Origin: Candidatus Poribacteria bacterium
GTDB lineage: Bacteria; Poribacteria; WGA-4E; PCPOR2b
NCBI GenBank assembly: GCA_965116925.1
Contig: OZ220744.1
Span: 5,312,001 to 5,376,000, forward strand
DNA length: 64,000 nucleotides
Direction of reading: 5' to 3'
Shown: positions 1-9,622 of the stretch, in pieces
How positions within the stretch are numbered: the stretch's first letter is position 1
How the letters are laid out: every line of letters begins with the position of its first letter
Notes under the pieces: model-generated
The model's database searches: none
What the model was told of the DNA's origin: nothing
Seen by the model: only the letters and a program-made list of their open reading frames with translations
Made by a program: the position numbers and the translations under genes

Positions 1-1
1 T

Positions 2-751
2 GGTGCTCCCTTATCAAAAGCGATTGCGGAGTTCTTCCATGCAGCGGGTATCCTCATCCTTGAAGGATATGGTCTGACGGAAACCTCACCCGTTATCTGT
101 GTGAATAGACCCGACCAGTGGAAGTTCGGCACTGTGGGCCCCATGATTCCGGGCATAGAGGTGAAAATTGCTGAAGATGGTGAGATTCTGTCGCGGGGAC
201 CGCACATCATGCAGGGCTATTTCAACAAACCGTCCGATACGGCGGAAGCTATCGACGCAGATGGCTGGTTTCACACAGGTGACATCGGGGAGATTGACGA
301 GGAAGGATTCCTGACAATAACAGACCGTAAGAAGAACCTCCTCATCCTTTCCAACGGGAAAAATGTCGCACCACAACCCATTGAGAACCAACTCAAGCAG
401 AGTCCGTATATCAGCGAAATCATGCTTCTCGGCGATCAACGTAGAACTATTACCGCGCTTATTGTGCCAAATTATGATGCGATCAAGGAGTTCGCGGCAG
501 AGCAGCAGCTTGAAGCAGAGGATATGTCTGCACTCCTCCAGACGCAAGAGGTTCAGCGGTTGATTCGGGGTGAGATTAACCAATATTCACCCGATTATGC
601 TGACTTTGAGCGGGTTCGGATGTTCACTTTAATGGAAAAGGAATTCTCGGAAGAATCGGGAGAGATGACGCCGACACTCAAGCTCAAACGATCGGTCATT
701 ATGGAGAACCATAAAGCGGCGATTGATCAGATGTATGGCGATGATGGTTAG
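2..751 (+). CDS. Long-chain fatty acid-CoA ligase (AMP-binding), 5'-truncated by the window edge
   Basis: Frame open from base 2 (GAPLSKAIAEFF...EGYGLTETSP); GWFHTGDIG, ITDRKKNL and EMTPTLKLKR motifs. Confidence 0.92.
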   Translation, partial: GAPLSKAIAEFFHAAGILILEGYGLTETSPVICVNRPDQWKFGTVGPMIPGIEVKIAEDGEILSRGPHIMQGYFNKPSDTAEAIDADGWFHTGDIGEIDEEGFLTITDRKKNLLILSNGKNVAPQPIENQLKQSPYISEIMLLGDQRRTITALIVPNYDAIKEFAAEQQLEAEDMSALLQTQEVQRLIRGEINQYSPDYADFERVRMFTLMEKEFSEESGEMTPTLKLKRSVIMENHKAAIDQMYGDDG

Positions 752-827
752 CAACCTGCTGTGGTATATACCTGTCCTGTATGCGATGCAGCCTCTAACG
801 TCTAATTGGGATGGCGCGTGAGAACGT

Positions 828-1394
828 TCATTTTCGCGCAGCCATCCGCTCGAATGCGCTAGGGGATTGACGGGATTTCCAAGCGTCGATTAGTATGCTT
901 ACATTGGTCTGGTTCGGTTGCATTGAGTCGATTTCCAGATCGTATTCAGCAAAACTGTGTATTATTTTATAATCCTGCCGAGCCTCCCCAACTCGTCGAT
1001 CTCCCCTTTTGTGCTCTCTCCGCTCAAGCTCAGGAAGCGGACAGTGCACGCCGACAAAGAATACATCCAAACCGGTGAGTAATGTCACCAGATCCGACAT
1101 CCACAACTCATTTTCAATAATGTGATCGACGATGAGATTATTGCCAGCTTTTGCCAACACTGGCAAACACCGATGAAACCCATCGAAGACGGCAGGTCTC
1201 ATCGTTGACCAATCAATGTCACCGCTCCGAATACGTGCCATCGGTAGGGCATTGGAATCGCGGAGGTGATCAAACGAAAAGTGCCAGAATGGCAGTGGTA
1301 GTGTTTGCTGTAATTCGCGTGCAAGCGTTGACTTCCCGGAACTTGACGCGCCGTTGATGAGGATAATTTTTCCTTGTTCGCGAGTGGTATCCAT
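828..1394 (-). CDS. Chloramphenicol phosphotransferase (CPT)-like P-loop kinase
   Basis: IILINGASSSGKST Walker A; GNNLIVDH; VGVHCPLPELERRE..RGDR; YDLEIDS. Confidence 0.85.
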   Translation of the reverse strand: MDTTREQGKIILINGASSSGKSTLARELQQTLPLPFWHFSFDHLRDSNALPMARIRSGDIDWSTMRPAVFDGFHRCLPVLAKAGNNLIVDHIIENELWMSDLVTLLTGLDVFFVGVHCPLPELERREHKRGDRRVGEARQDYKIIHSFAEYDLEIDSMQPNQTNVSILIDAWKSRQSPSAFERMAARK

Positions 1395-1435
1395 AAGATT
1401 TTTGGTATCAAGAATATGATACTTGTATTTGCATT

Positions 1436-2362
1436 CTATTTATCTACTTGTTCGATACGCCCAAAATCTTTCAATGTTTTCAAGGTATCGACTGTGAACC
1501 GAGATTGCCATTCCTTCTTGGCTGTTTGCCATGTCTCTGGATATTGATCTCCCCAAGAGAAATTCGGAGACCAAGAACCGTCCTCACCCTGCTGTTCAAT
1601 CTCAAAGTCCAAGTTCATCTCCACTTCCTCCTTGAGTTCGGCGGCGAGAGGTGATTCGGGAGCGGAAACCAACCACAGGGGTTTGAGCACATAGCCAGTC
1701 AACTGCTCTGCATTTCGAGCGACACGGGGCGCCGCCACCCGGGCAAGCTTTTCCCAAACTTTGTCCCTATTCGGCAGAGCGTCCGTCTCCGCGAGCCTTG
1801 CGAGACAGAGGAGGTCGTGCATCTCCATTTTATTAGATGGGGAATCCAGATGCTCCAGAACAGCCGCGGCTAACGGCTCCAGCAATTTTGTCGACACTCC
1901 ATCGCTAAATTCGTGCAAATATCCAACAATCTCAGCACGCGGGTTGATCAAAAACTGACCAAAAGTTTCGGCACTGTTCTCATAATTCCACCAAGGAGCG
2001 TGAGGTGCCTCCTCCACTTCGGGTGGGATGATTGACCATACCTGCCGGGACTCGTCGAAGGTAGCGACAAAATACTCGATTCCTTTCCGCACCAGCGCGT
2101 GCCCCGCAGATGCCTGAATTTCCCTGAGAACCTGAAAGCCTACCGTAGTCGCAATCGCAGACGAAGCCGACGTCCTGATGTCAGGTTCCAGGCTGTTGCC
2201 AAAGCCCCCGTCGTCGTTTTGATAAGATGCCAGCTCGGCAAGGACAGCATTCGCAGATCCGTCTTCAAAGTGAAATTCAAAACGCCTTTGGTCCAACGCC
2301 CTTCCCTGATCCATTATGAAGTTCTTCGCGCTCTGAAATGCAGCGTGTGTAAGTCTTTTCAT
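1436..2362 (-). CDS. Prenyltransferase/squalene-cyclase-repeat (alpha/alpha toroid) protein
   Basis: QW-like repeats YQNDDGGFG and QQGEDGSW; start MKRLT chosen after GAGGG SD. Confidence 0.65.
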   Translation of the reverse strand: MKRLTHAAFQSAKNFIMDQGRALDQRRFEFHFEDGSANAVLAELASYQNDDGGFGNSLEPDIRTSASSAIATTVGFQVLREIQASAGHALVRKGIEYFVATFDESRQVWSIIPPEVEEAPHAPWWNYENSAETFGQFLINPRAEIVGYLHEFSDGVSTKLLEPLAAAVLEHLDSPSNKMEMHDLLCLARLAETDALPNRDKVWEKLARVAAPRVARNAEQLTGYVLKPLWLVSAPESPLAAELKEEVEMNLDFEIEQQGEDGSWSPNFSWGDQYPETWQTAKKEWQSRFTVDTLKTLKDFGRIEQVDK

Positions 2363-2517
2363 TATTTTCCCTCGTCTTAGACAGCGTCCAAAAATGACCA
2401 CTTTTATGAATTGCATTTTCTTGTAACGTTTCAGCCGTACAAAAGTAGTAATTAACCGTTGTCCCACAAACCAAGGAGCGATAGCAAAACAAGGATATGG
2501 AGAGACACCTTTCCGCA

Positions 2518-2770
2518 CTATATATCAATGTGTTCGGGTAATATCCTGTTTTTGAACGTTCCTTGACCTGGACTCGGTGGAACAATCGTGGTGAGTTCAA
2601 ATCCAAGCATGTAAATAAGTTGAATGGAGTGCTTATTCGCAGCAACACATCGGGCTTCGATCGCCGTCAGGTCCAACTCATCGAACCCAACTCGAATGAT
2701 TGCTGCAAGTTGCCTTCAGTAGCATATCCTTGCCCCCAAAATGCCGGAGATAGCTCAATCCCAACATCTC
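2518..2770 (-). pseudogene. RimJ/RimL-type GNAT acetyltransferase remnant (frameshifted, 5' part missing)
   Basis: Manual translation: DVGIELSPAFWGQGYATE, then a frame change to LAAIIRVGFDELDLTAIEARCVAANKHSIQLIYMLGF...*. Confidence 0.7.
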
Positions 2771-2808
2771 CGTGTGAGTTCTGAGACCTTACGAGTTTTC
2801 ACCTGCGC

Positions 2809-3243
2809 CTATGCTTCTGCCTTTTTCGCGGGTGTCTTACTAGTGGTTTTAGTCGGCTTGCCGGTTGAGCGCAACAGTTTTACGACCTCCGCAGCCTCTT
2901 TACCTCCGCTTTTCGCATGCGCCATGAGCGAAATCCCGTGCGGTCCCCGTTTGTCTATTACGGACGGATCGTCAGCCACAACGGCCTTGACGATTTCCAA
3001 CTTGCCCAGCATGGCGGCGGCAAACAGATCTATGCGGGCACCCCTTTGCAGCAAATACTCCGCGATATCCTTACTGCCTGTGTGCGCTGCCGCTCCGAGC
3101 GCCGTCTCCCAGTCGCCTCCTCCCCAGTCCCAGCTGGCATTAACTAATGCTGGTTCTTTCTTGAGCAGTTTCTTAACGCTGTCGAGATCGTTGTGTGCGT
3201 CGTAGACGAATTGATGAACCAAATCCGTATCTATAGCTGACAT
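2809..3243 (-). CDS. Ankyrin-repeat protein with Lys-rich tail
   Basis: ETALGAAAHTGSKDIAEYLLQRGA and DLFAAAMLGKLEIVK repeats. Confidence 0.85.
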   Translation of the reverse strand: MSAIDTDLVHQFVYDAHNDLDSVKKLLKKEPALVNASWDWGGGDWETALGAAAHTGSKDIAEYLLQRGARIDLFAAAMLGKLEIVKAVVADDPSVIDKRGPHGISLMAHAKSGGKEAAEVVKLLRSTGKPTKTTSKTPAKKAEA

Positions 3244-3345
3244 TCTGGTTTTCCTTTCGTATAGTGGTGGAGTTCCGCCGTGGTGCTGCTGGCAGTAGAC
3301 CTTGGTTGATTATCTAACATTGCAAAGAGCGAGATGATGGGTGCA

Positions 3346-3374
3346 ATCATAACATAACATACGTTAAGTGTCAA
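3346..3374 (-). promoter_or_regulatory. Sigma70-type promoter of the ankyrin gene
   Basis: TTGACA-17nt-TATGAT on the minus strand. Confidence 0.6.
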
Positions 3375-3431
3375 GGGGAAAAATTTCAGATATAATGCTA
3401 TACATCTCCAAAATACAGATTAGGCGAAGCC

Positions 3432-4187
3432 CTAGCCTGTCCGAAGCAGCTTCTTGGCTGACGCGGACCAATGTTTTTTGAGCTCTTGAGGGATTCGCAC
3501 CCGTTCACTCGCATGAGGAAATATGCGCGTGTAGCCGAGATCAAGCATCGGACGGTTCGTATTGGTTCTGTTCGGCATTCCCGCGTGCCACAATCGCATA
3601 TCACGAAGAATCAGAGAGCCCATCGGCATTGTCGCCTGTAGGGAGGGCAAGTGCTTCCCTCGTTCTCCTAGATTTTGGACATCTGATGGTGGACAGTCCA
3701 TAATTAGATGCGAGCTGGGCCAAATCTTTGTGGCTCCGTTTTCCTCTAAGAAATCGACTAGTGGAATGTCTACATAAATCCCTGAAACAGGGAGCACGCA
3801 GGGCAGTTCAGGAAATAGATGGTTTCCATCGCGGTGGGGGAGGCTTTCGGCCTGGTCTTCGTCCGTGTTTGGGGGGCTGTCATGAATCCAAGAAAGGAAT
3901 AAGGCTACCTTCTTGCCCATGGCGGCTTCAATGACTTGGAGCGCGAACGGATTGGCGATAAACTGGTGATGGAGAAACGGCATTTCGTTTGCGTGACGAA
4001 CCTTACGCCTCCTGCCGCGTCGGATTGCATCGAAATACGCGGTTTGTGCTTCTTTCACAATATCGAGCGGCACAGCATTCTCAAGGATTACCGCTCCGAC
4101 TTCTCGCAGCAACCGAAGAGCCAAATCCAAGTTAGCTTCACTCATTCGCCTGTCCTGTTGCTCTGCATCAGTAATCTGTATCCGCAT
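3432..4187 (-). CDS. PhyH-family Fe(II)/2-oxoglutarate dioxygenase
   Basis: HRD, NGATKIWPSSH, GSLILRDMRLWHAGMPN..R; start MRIQIT after AGGAGG. Confidence 0.88.
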   Translation of the reverse strand: MRIQITDAEQQDRRMSEANLDLALRLLREVGAVILENAVPLDIVKEAQTAYFDAIRRGRRRKVRHANEMPFLHHQFIANPFALQVIEAAMGKKVALFLSWIHDSPPNTDEDQAESLPHRDGNHLFPELPCVLPVSGIYVDIPLVDFLEENGATKIWPSSHLIMDCPPSDVQNLGERGKHLPSLQATMPMGSLILRDMRLWHAGMPNRTNTNRPMLDLGYTRIFPHASERVRIPQELKKHWSASAKKLLRTG

Positions 4188-4221
4188 CTTTCCTCCTGAT
4201 AGATATTTGGCTATATGAGAC

Positions 4222-5040
4222 TCAGTCGTCTGGTCTTTGCCCCACATAGAGTATGTGTCTGGACGAAGCCACAATGCTTTGTTCTGCACTGATTTTGAAA
4301 AGAAGATCCAACCAAAGGTCTCTCTGCTTTCCTTCAAGTGTGTTGTAGCTCTCATCGTCTGCAGAGATAGCCGGCTCGACACCTGCAATCTTGAGGGTGC
4401 GAAACCCTACATTCTCGTGCATAGGGGCGATCTCATCCAGCCGGACAAAATAGCCGCGGAAGCCACCCCTTGGGGCATCAGCAGGACGGTGACCGTCTCT
4501 AACCAGCGACCAGACCTCTTTCTGGTTCTCAATCCACGAAGGGCTTTTCTTGATGAGATCTCCAAAAATACCAAATCTGGAAATCAGTGCAGAAAAGATT
4601 ACTCCTCCCGGCCTTAGACAAGCGTAGGCTGATCGCAGGGCTGCTGTTCGATCGGTTTCAAGCAGTAGATGGTACAGCGGTCCCATAAGCAGAACAGCCT
4701 TGAACTTGCCACGCGGAATCCCATCTAACTTGCGCGCATCGCCAGTCCGGAAATCAATCTGATCAGAAAGATCGAGGTCTTCTGCCCTCGTCTTGCACCG
4801 GGTAACGTATTCATCGGCAAGGTCGACAGCTGTGATCTGGTAGCCTCGTTGTGCTAGAGGAAAGGTATAAAACCCTGTGCCGAAACCAACTTCGAGGAGC
4901 CTGCCGTGCATTGGCAGGTACAGATCCAAATAGCGCCAAGTGATATCAGCTTCAAGTTGGTGACGCTCCAATCTGCTTGCTTCGACATCCCAGCCAGCAT
5001 TATACATCTCGCGTATATCGGTTAGGTCATCCATAGTCAT
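4222..5040 (-). CDS. Class I SAM-dependent methyltransferase
   Basis: LLEVGFGTG motif I; GDAR; VLLMGPLYHL; LRPGG. Confidence 0.88.
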   Translation of the reverse strand: MTMDDLTDIREMYNAGWDVEASRLERHQLEADITWRYLDLYLPMHGRLLEVGFGTGFYTFPLAQRGYQITAVDLADEYVTRCKTRAEDLDLSDQIDFRTGDARKLDGIPRGKFKAVLLMGPLYHLLLETDRTAALRSAYACLRPGGVIFSALISRFGIFGDLIKKSPSWIENQKEVWSLVRDGHRPADAPRGGFRGYFVRLDEIAPMHENVGFRTLKIAGVEPAISADDESYNTLEGKQRDLWLDLLFKISAEQSIVASSRHILYVGQRPDD

Positions 5041-5139
5041 CAATGGTTTTTCTTTATTTTTCGAGTTAGTTTAATCGTGTCAGAAGTTGACGAAAAGCGG
5101 CGTCCGTTCAGACGCAGCTTGTAGATTGGTTAGGGATGA

Positions 5140-5472
5140 TCAATCAACGGCACTACCTGTTCTTCCGAGATGAACCCACCAATCGAGATTCGTCATCTCT
5201 TTTACTGGCTTGTGACGTATCTTCCTTTTAATTGCGTGTGCATACATGGACAGGTCAGTTCTCTGTCCACATCTGACTGAGAACATAGATCGTAATACAC
5301 TTTTGATTTCAGATTCGATAGCTCTCGCAATGGATAGAATCTCTTCCACGTCTTTCACTTCAACTAATTTTGCAATCGCGGTTTGGGTTTCTTTTGAGAA
5401 GACTGAGAGACGTTGGAAATGAGCGGGTCGCCACTTGAAGGAAGGGGTGAGGGGTATGGTTTTAGGTGCCAA
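5140..5472 (-). pseudogene. Probable C-terminal fragment of a DUF4037-family gene
   Basis: PSFKWRPAHFQRL resembles PYHKWLWKEFRKL, and LSMYAHAIKRKIRHKPVKEM resembles LLRYAQGIRGTIEDPEIKRL of the adjacent gene; the TTG directly follows a TAG and has no SD. Confidence 0.5.
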
Positions 5473-5486
5473 CTACCAGGTGGACC

Positions 5487-6470
5487 CTATCGCAGCCACG
5501 TCCACGCGGCCTTAGTTGCTGGATAGACAAGTTCTTCTCTCAAGTGTAGTCTCTTAATTTCTGGATCTTCAATTGTGCCCCGAATCCCCTGAGCATATCG
5601 AAGCAGTTCATTGTCCGGATAGGCTAACCTTCTGGTGACTATTTGGACCGGGAGTTCTGATGAAAAACTCAACTTCTGAGGCATCTTTATATAGATCATC
5701 TCTATACGGTCAACCAGTTCTCGTTTGCCATTTACCTTCTCAAATCCTTCCTCCAGCAGAGGAGAAACTTCGTCGGCAATAGCACCTAACTTTCTAAACT
5801 CTTTCCACAACCATTTGTGGTAAGGTGCATGACGTTGATTCATCAGAAAACCAACCTTCATTGCATATTCAGCGAATCGTGCCCAATAGCAAGACGCGCT
5901 CACGTAGTCTCCTCGATCTTCTGCCCTGAAGAGATGCTTTCGCCCCCACTCCCAGAGCCAAGAAAGGCAAGCCCCCATCCGCTGCTTCCATACATCATCC
6001 GGGTATTTGGAAAACGCTCTCAAGCGCGCACTGACAATGCCAGGCTCATCGTGATAAAGCCTGCTCGGGGTTAGTTCAAACAGATACGACTCTGGTATTT
6101 GCAACCAGTTCATGGCTGACTTGGGGGGCTCTGAAAATCCGACTACAGATTCTATATAGCTACCGATTTCGATTACACCACAGGTCCTAGCGGGTGGATT
6201 CTTCCATCGAAACCCGTCAAACGCATTGGGCAGCATATCGAATACTTCCCGTAGATGCTCACCATAATCATCGAAATCATCTTTGGCAAACCACACCGTG
6301 AATCCCGGTCCCCAACCGTGATCACGAGACACCTCGTCGTCGTTCTTGTGCGCTTGCGACCCTCCACCAACTCCCACTGCCAGTCTCGGGATACACTTAG
6401 GCAATCGCTGCTCAATAGTAGGAAGCCCAATCTCCCGGAAGAATCGCTCTGATAGTTCAAATCCTTTCAT
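5487..6470 (-). CDS. DUF4037-domain protein (nucleotidyltransferase-like)
   Basis: MKGFELSERFF..GGGSQ...DDEVSRDHGWGPGF; YPDDVW; APYHKW. Confidence 0.8.
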   Translation of the reverse strand: MKGFELSERFFREIGLPTIEQRLPKCIPRLAVGVGGGSQAHKNDDEVSRDHGWGPGFTVWFAKDDFDDYGEHLREVFDMLPNAFDGFRWKNPPARTCGVIEIGSYIESVVGFSEPPKSAMNWLQIPESYLFELTPSRLYHDEPGIVSARLRAFSKYPDDVWKQRMGACLSWLWEWGRKHLFRAEDRGDYVSASCYWARFAEYAMKVGFLMNQRHAPYHKWLWKEFRKLGAIADEVSPLLEEGFEKVNGKRELVDRIEMIYIKMPQKLSFSSELPVQIVTRRLAYPDNELLRYAQGIRGTIEDPEIKRLHLREELVYPATKAAWTWLR

Positions 6471-6662
6471 AGAGGCCTCCACGAAGACATTTCTTAGATA
6501 GCAACTAATACTAGTTCCAGATCTAAAGACGACTAATTCTTTTTGAAAACCAATGGTAGACGATACCGTATTCGTGTTAGTAGCCGGTTGCTTCAAAATT
6601 TGAGTAGATATTTGGATCTGGCTGATATTATACCATACACCTAAAAAATGTTGGATACCATT

Positions 6663-6700
6663 AAAAAGCCCTGTTAGATCCTCCAACAGGGCTTTTTTTT
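6663..6700. terminator. Intrinsic terminator, potentially bidirectional
   Basis: AAAAAGCCCTGTT-loop-AACAGGGCTTTTTTTT downstream of the ABC permease. Confidence 0.8.
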
Positions 6701-6745
6701 ATTTTAGGCTGTCAGCACTCATCTGATAGTGTCGCCGTCACCAGC

Positions 6746-7999
6746 TTACTCAGTACGGAGTGCCTCGATCGGCGATAGCTTCATCGCTTTTATGGCTGGA
6801 TACAACCCAAAGCCAATACCTATCACCGCAGAAAATGACACCGAAATCAGTACCCACCGTGCCGAGAGAACCGCAGGCCATTCGGGAACAATCTTGACAA
6901 TCTTGACAGCCAGATGTGCCATCCCTTTACCGGCAAAGGTGCCAAATCCAACCCCTATTAGTCCGCCAATACTGCACATGGCAACAGATTCAATCAAAAA
7001 CTGAAGCAGAATATCCAAATTTTTTGCCCCCAATGCCTTTCGCAATCCGATTTCCCGTGTGCGTTCCGCCACAGCAACCAACATCATATTCATGATGCCA
7101 ATCCCGCCAACAAGGAGTGAAAATCCGGCGATACTTCCCAAAGCGATTTTAATAACCTTGCTAATTTTCCCCAGTTCTGCCACACCGGCTCGTATGTCAA
7201 AAATGACAAAGAAATCATCTTGGTTGTTGTGCCGTTTCCGCATAACCGATTTGACCTCTTCAATTGCTTTTGGAATAACCTCTACGGTGTGTGCTTTAAC
7301 CGCAATCTGCAAAATCCGATCGTTGCCGGTGAATCGTTGCTGAGTTGTTGTGATCGGAATAAAAACGAGCTCATCAAAACTAAAACCAAATTTAAGGCTT
7401 CGCCCGCGGGGCTCCAGCGTGCCAATAACAGTGAACCGCTCTCTCTTTCCAATTTTAATCTCTTTTCCGAGTGGCGATGCTACACCAAACAACTCCGCAG
7501 CCACACTCGATCCGAGCACAACAACTTTCGTAGCGTTGTCAACGTCTTGATCGGAAATAAACCGCCCTTCACGCAAGTTCCAGTCCATTGCCGCGGTATA
7601 GGTAGCATTCACACCGTTATAGCCGCCACGGGTGTTCGCGCCGCTTGGGGCTTGAATCAACACACCGGTCCAATTCGGAATACGTGGGGTGACCACCTTA
7701 ACGGAGGGACACTCCGCCTCAATCGCCAAGACATCGCCGTAGTTAAAGTGTTCCCCACTCCGAATCGGCACCCGGCGACCATTAACCCACTTTGAGGTGG
7801 TGCGATACAACGTGAATTGGTTAATACCACCAATCTTTTGAAGATCTTGGAGGATAATTTCTTTGGCACCATCGCCGATGGCTATCATCGCAATCACAGC
7901 CGCAATGCCGATGATAATACCAAGCATCATCAGCAAGGAGCGTAGTTTGCTTGAGTAGATCGCTTTTATCCCAACGGATATCCCATCACTTAGACGCAT
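6746..7999 (-). CDS. MacB/FtsX-family ABC transporter permease
   Basis: LRSLLMMLGIIIGIAAVI; LLVGGIGIMNMMLVAVAERTREIGLRKALGA; GLYPA..A.KLSPIEALR. Confidence 0.93.
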   Translation of the reverse strand: MRLSDGISVGIKAIYSSKLRSLLMMLGIIIGIAAVIAMIAIGDGAKEIILQDLQKIGGINQFTLYRTTSKWVNGRRVPIRSGEHFNYGDVLAIEAECPSVKVVTPRIPNWTGVLIQAPSGANTRGGYNGVNATYTAAMDWNLREGRFISDQDVDNATKVVVLGSSVAAELFGVASPLGKEIKIGKRERFTVIGTLEPRGRSLKFGFSFDELVFIPITTTQQRFTGNDRILQIAVKAHTVEVIPKAIEEVKSVMRKRHNNQDDFFVIFDIRAGVAELGKISKVIKIALGSIAGFSLLVGGIGIMNMMLVAVAERTREIGLRKALGAKNLDILLQFLIESVAMCSIGGLIGVGFGTFAGKGMAHLAVKIVKIVPEWPAVLSARWVLISVSFSAVIGIGFGLYPAIKAMKLSPIEALRTE

Positions 8000-8133
8000 T
8001 CAGAACCACTTTCATATCAGGTGCCTGTTTACGGTAAATTGGTATGACGGCAAAAGTGCCCGGAACTGGGGCGATCATATGCGCTATCCAACGTCAAATC
8101 CGTCTGAGCAGATGAGCGAAAAGGATTCCTGAT

Positions 8134-8433
8134 TTATACATTATCATGAAATAACGAAAATGTGGTTGGTTCGACGGAGGACACCGGCGTCTCAAAATCA
8201 GGGAACAGCCAGAGTTGATTCGTCTCATCTGCCTCTGAGGTATCCTTAACAGCTAGTTCGTCAGGTGGAATCGTTGAATTGCCCCAGAAATCCATCTGCT
8301 CCACCGTTTCCACGTTCTGATTTGATGCAATACGGGCGTAGATCCGGGCGCGTTGCTCAGAGGAGATCGCTTGCGAGGCGAAGACTTCGCGCATCAATTG
8401 TATGAGTGTGTCGGTAAACAAATCTGTTTGCAT
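8134..8433 (-). CDS. 99-aa acidic protein with multiple beta-clamp-binding-motif-like peptides (putative anti-sigma or clamp ligand)
   Basis: ATG overlaps the upstream TAA (TAATG); QTDLF(2-6), QMDFW(46-50), QLWLF(73-77), TFSLF(91-95). Confidence 0.7.
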   Translation of the reverse strand: MQTDLFTDTLIQLMREVFASQAISSEQRARIYARIASNQNVETVEQMDFWGNSTIPPDELAVKDTSEADETNQLWLFPDFETPVSSVEPTTFSLFHDNV

Positions 8434-9566
8434 TATTTCAAAGGCATTACAAGATAACGAAGGTTTTGCGCCAATTGAAGGTATATCGGCGGAGAATTTT
8501 CTGCGTCTGGGTGCAGCCAAAGTGTAACATCATTTGCATCAGTATGCAGGAGTGGCTCTTTAAAAAACCAACTATCAACTGCTATCACTATCTCTGATCC
8601 CGCATACTGAATTGGCACACAGGCTTCCGATTTTCCCAAGTGAGTATTGTTTGCAACAGTCAACTGTCCATCGCTAAAATGAAACTCGGTACGACGGTGG
8701 GGATTATCCTCTACATGAATGATTCCGAGTGCCCAGAGCAACCTTTCGCGGTTCACTTTGACTTCCAAGCGGGTAGGCGCCTTTTCAGTCCTTTCAATAA
8801 TTGACAGATAATTTGGGTAATTTGCTTGCGACGGCCAGAGACATCTTAACACAACACCTTCAACCTCAAAACTCACGGCATTTTCAGTGAAATGTAGTCG
8901 GCAGACCTCTGGTTCTAAGGATTCTATAAGGTCTATCATCTTTACGCACGCTTTATAAGCCATTGCTCGTCTGGGGACTGGTGCTTCTGTGTTTGCTAAC
9001 GCACGCGCGGAGGACAACGTCAACACCGCCATCCGTTTGCCATCGGTGGTCACGATTCGGTCCTCGCCATCATGTCTATGAAAAAGTACTCCCCACATGC
9101 TAGCGCGTCGTTCCGCCCCTTCCGCGTCTGATGGTTTTTCTGATGCGAACAAAACAGTATCCAGTGCCCTCCCGAACTGCGACGCTGGAATTTCATACCC
9201 GTGTACATCGGTTAATTCTTTAAGTGCCGGATCCTGCCATTTTTCTGCGTATGTATACACGACGTGTTGGTGCTGCTCGCCTTCAATGTCCAGACACCCA
9301 TGCCTTTCGTGATGACTGAACAACAACGTCTCACTAGTCGTATATTCACAGATGCGCGGCAGGGCATCTGCGGAAATGGTTGCCGTACCGGAGATTTCAA
9401 CTTCGGCTGGAATCGTGGCGTCAATACAGAAGTTCCCATCGTCAGTATAGCATCGAAACTGTAATTGCGTCGCTTGCGCTGTTATTGACAAGTGCGCTTT
9501 CGGTTCATCAAGTTTCAAAAGTGCTAAGGCACGTTTCAACGTAGCAACCTCACAGGTGAATTTCAT
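8433..9566 (-). CDS. dnaN: Divergent DNA polymerase III beta sliding-clamp paralog
   Basis: 377 aa; MKF start after GGGAGG SD; VTTDGKRM (cf. ATDGHRL), NYPNY, C-terminal YLVMPLK; no dnaA/recF/gyrB neighbours. Confidence 0.85.
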   Translation of the reverse strand: MKFTCEVATLKRALALLKLDEPKAHLSITAQATQLQFRCYTDDGNFCIDATIPAEVEISGTATISADALPRICEYTTSETLLFSHHERHGCLDIEGEQHQHVVYTYAEKWQDPALKELTDVHGYEIPASQFGRALDTVLFASEKPSDAEGAERRASMWGVLFHRHDGEDRIVTTDGKRMAVLTLSSARALANTEAPVPRRAMAYKACVKMIDLIESLEPEVCRLHFTENAVSFEVEGVVLRCLWPSQANYPNYLSIIERTEKAPTRLEVKVNRERLLWALGIIHVEDNPHRRTEFHFSDGQLTVANNTHLGKSEACVPIQYAGSEIVIAVDSWFFKEPLLHTDANDVTLWLHPDAENSPPIYLQLAQNLRYLVMPLK

Positions 9567-9622
9567 CGGTTCCTCCCTTTTCCCCAGCGGTGCCCTATTG
9601 GGCATATTTTTCCAGTTCAAAT

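Noticed and set aside
5044..5140. Integron attC-like site (CCTAAC... on the minus strand) in the co-oriented gene block
   Set aside because: No matching GTTRRRY end with proper pairing, and no integrase in the window.
8434..8520. N-terminal extension of the small ORF given in the ORF track (128 aa)
   Set aside because: It overlaps the clamp gene; the ATG at 8433 forming TAATG coupling is the more plausible start.
8433..9566. Replication origin / canonical dnaA-dnaN locus
   Set aside because: No dnaA, recF or gyrB nearby and no DnaA-box cluster seen; the sequence is too divergent for a replicative clamp.
8433..9566. GriR-type self-resistance clamp in an antibiotic biosynthetic cluster
   Set aside because: No NRPS/PKS genes in the window, and resistance clamps remain close to canonical DnaN.
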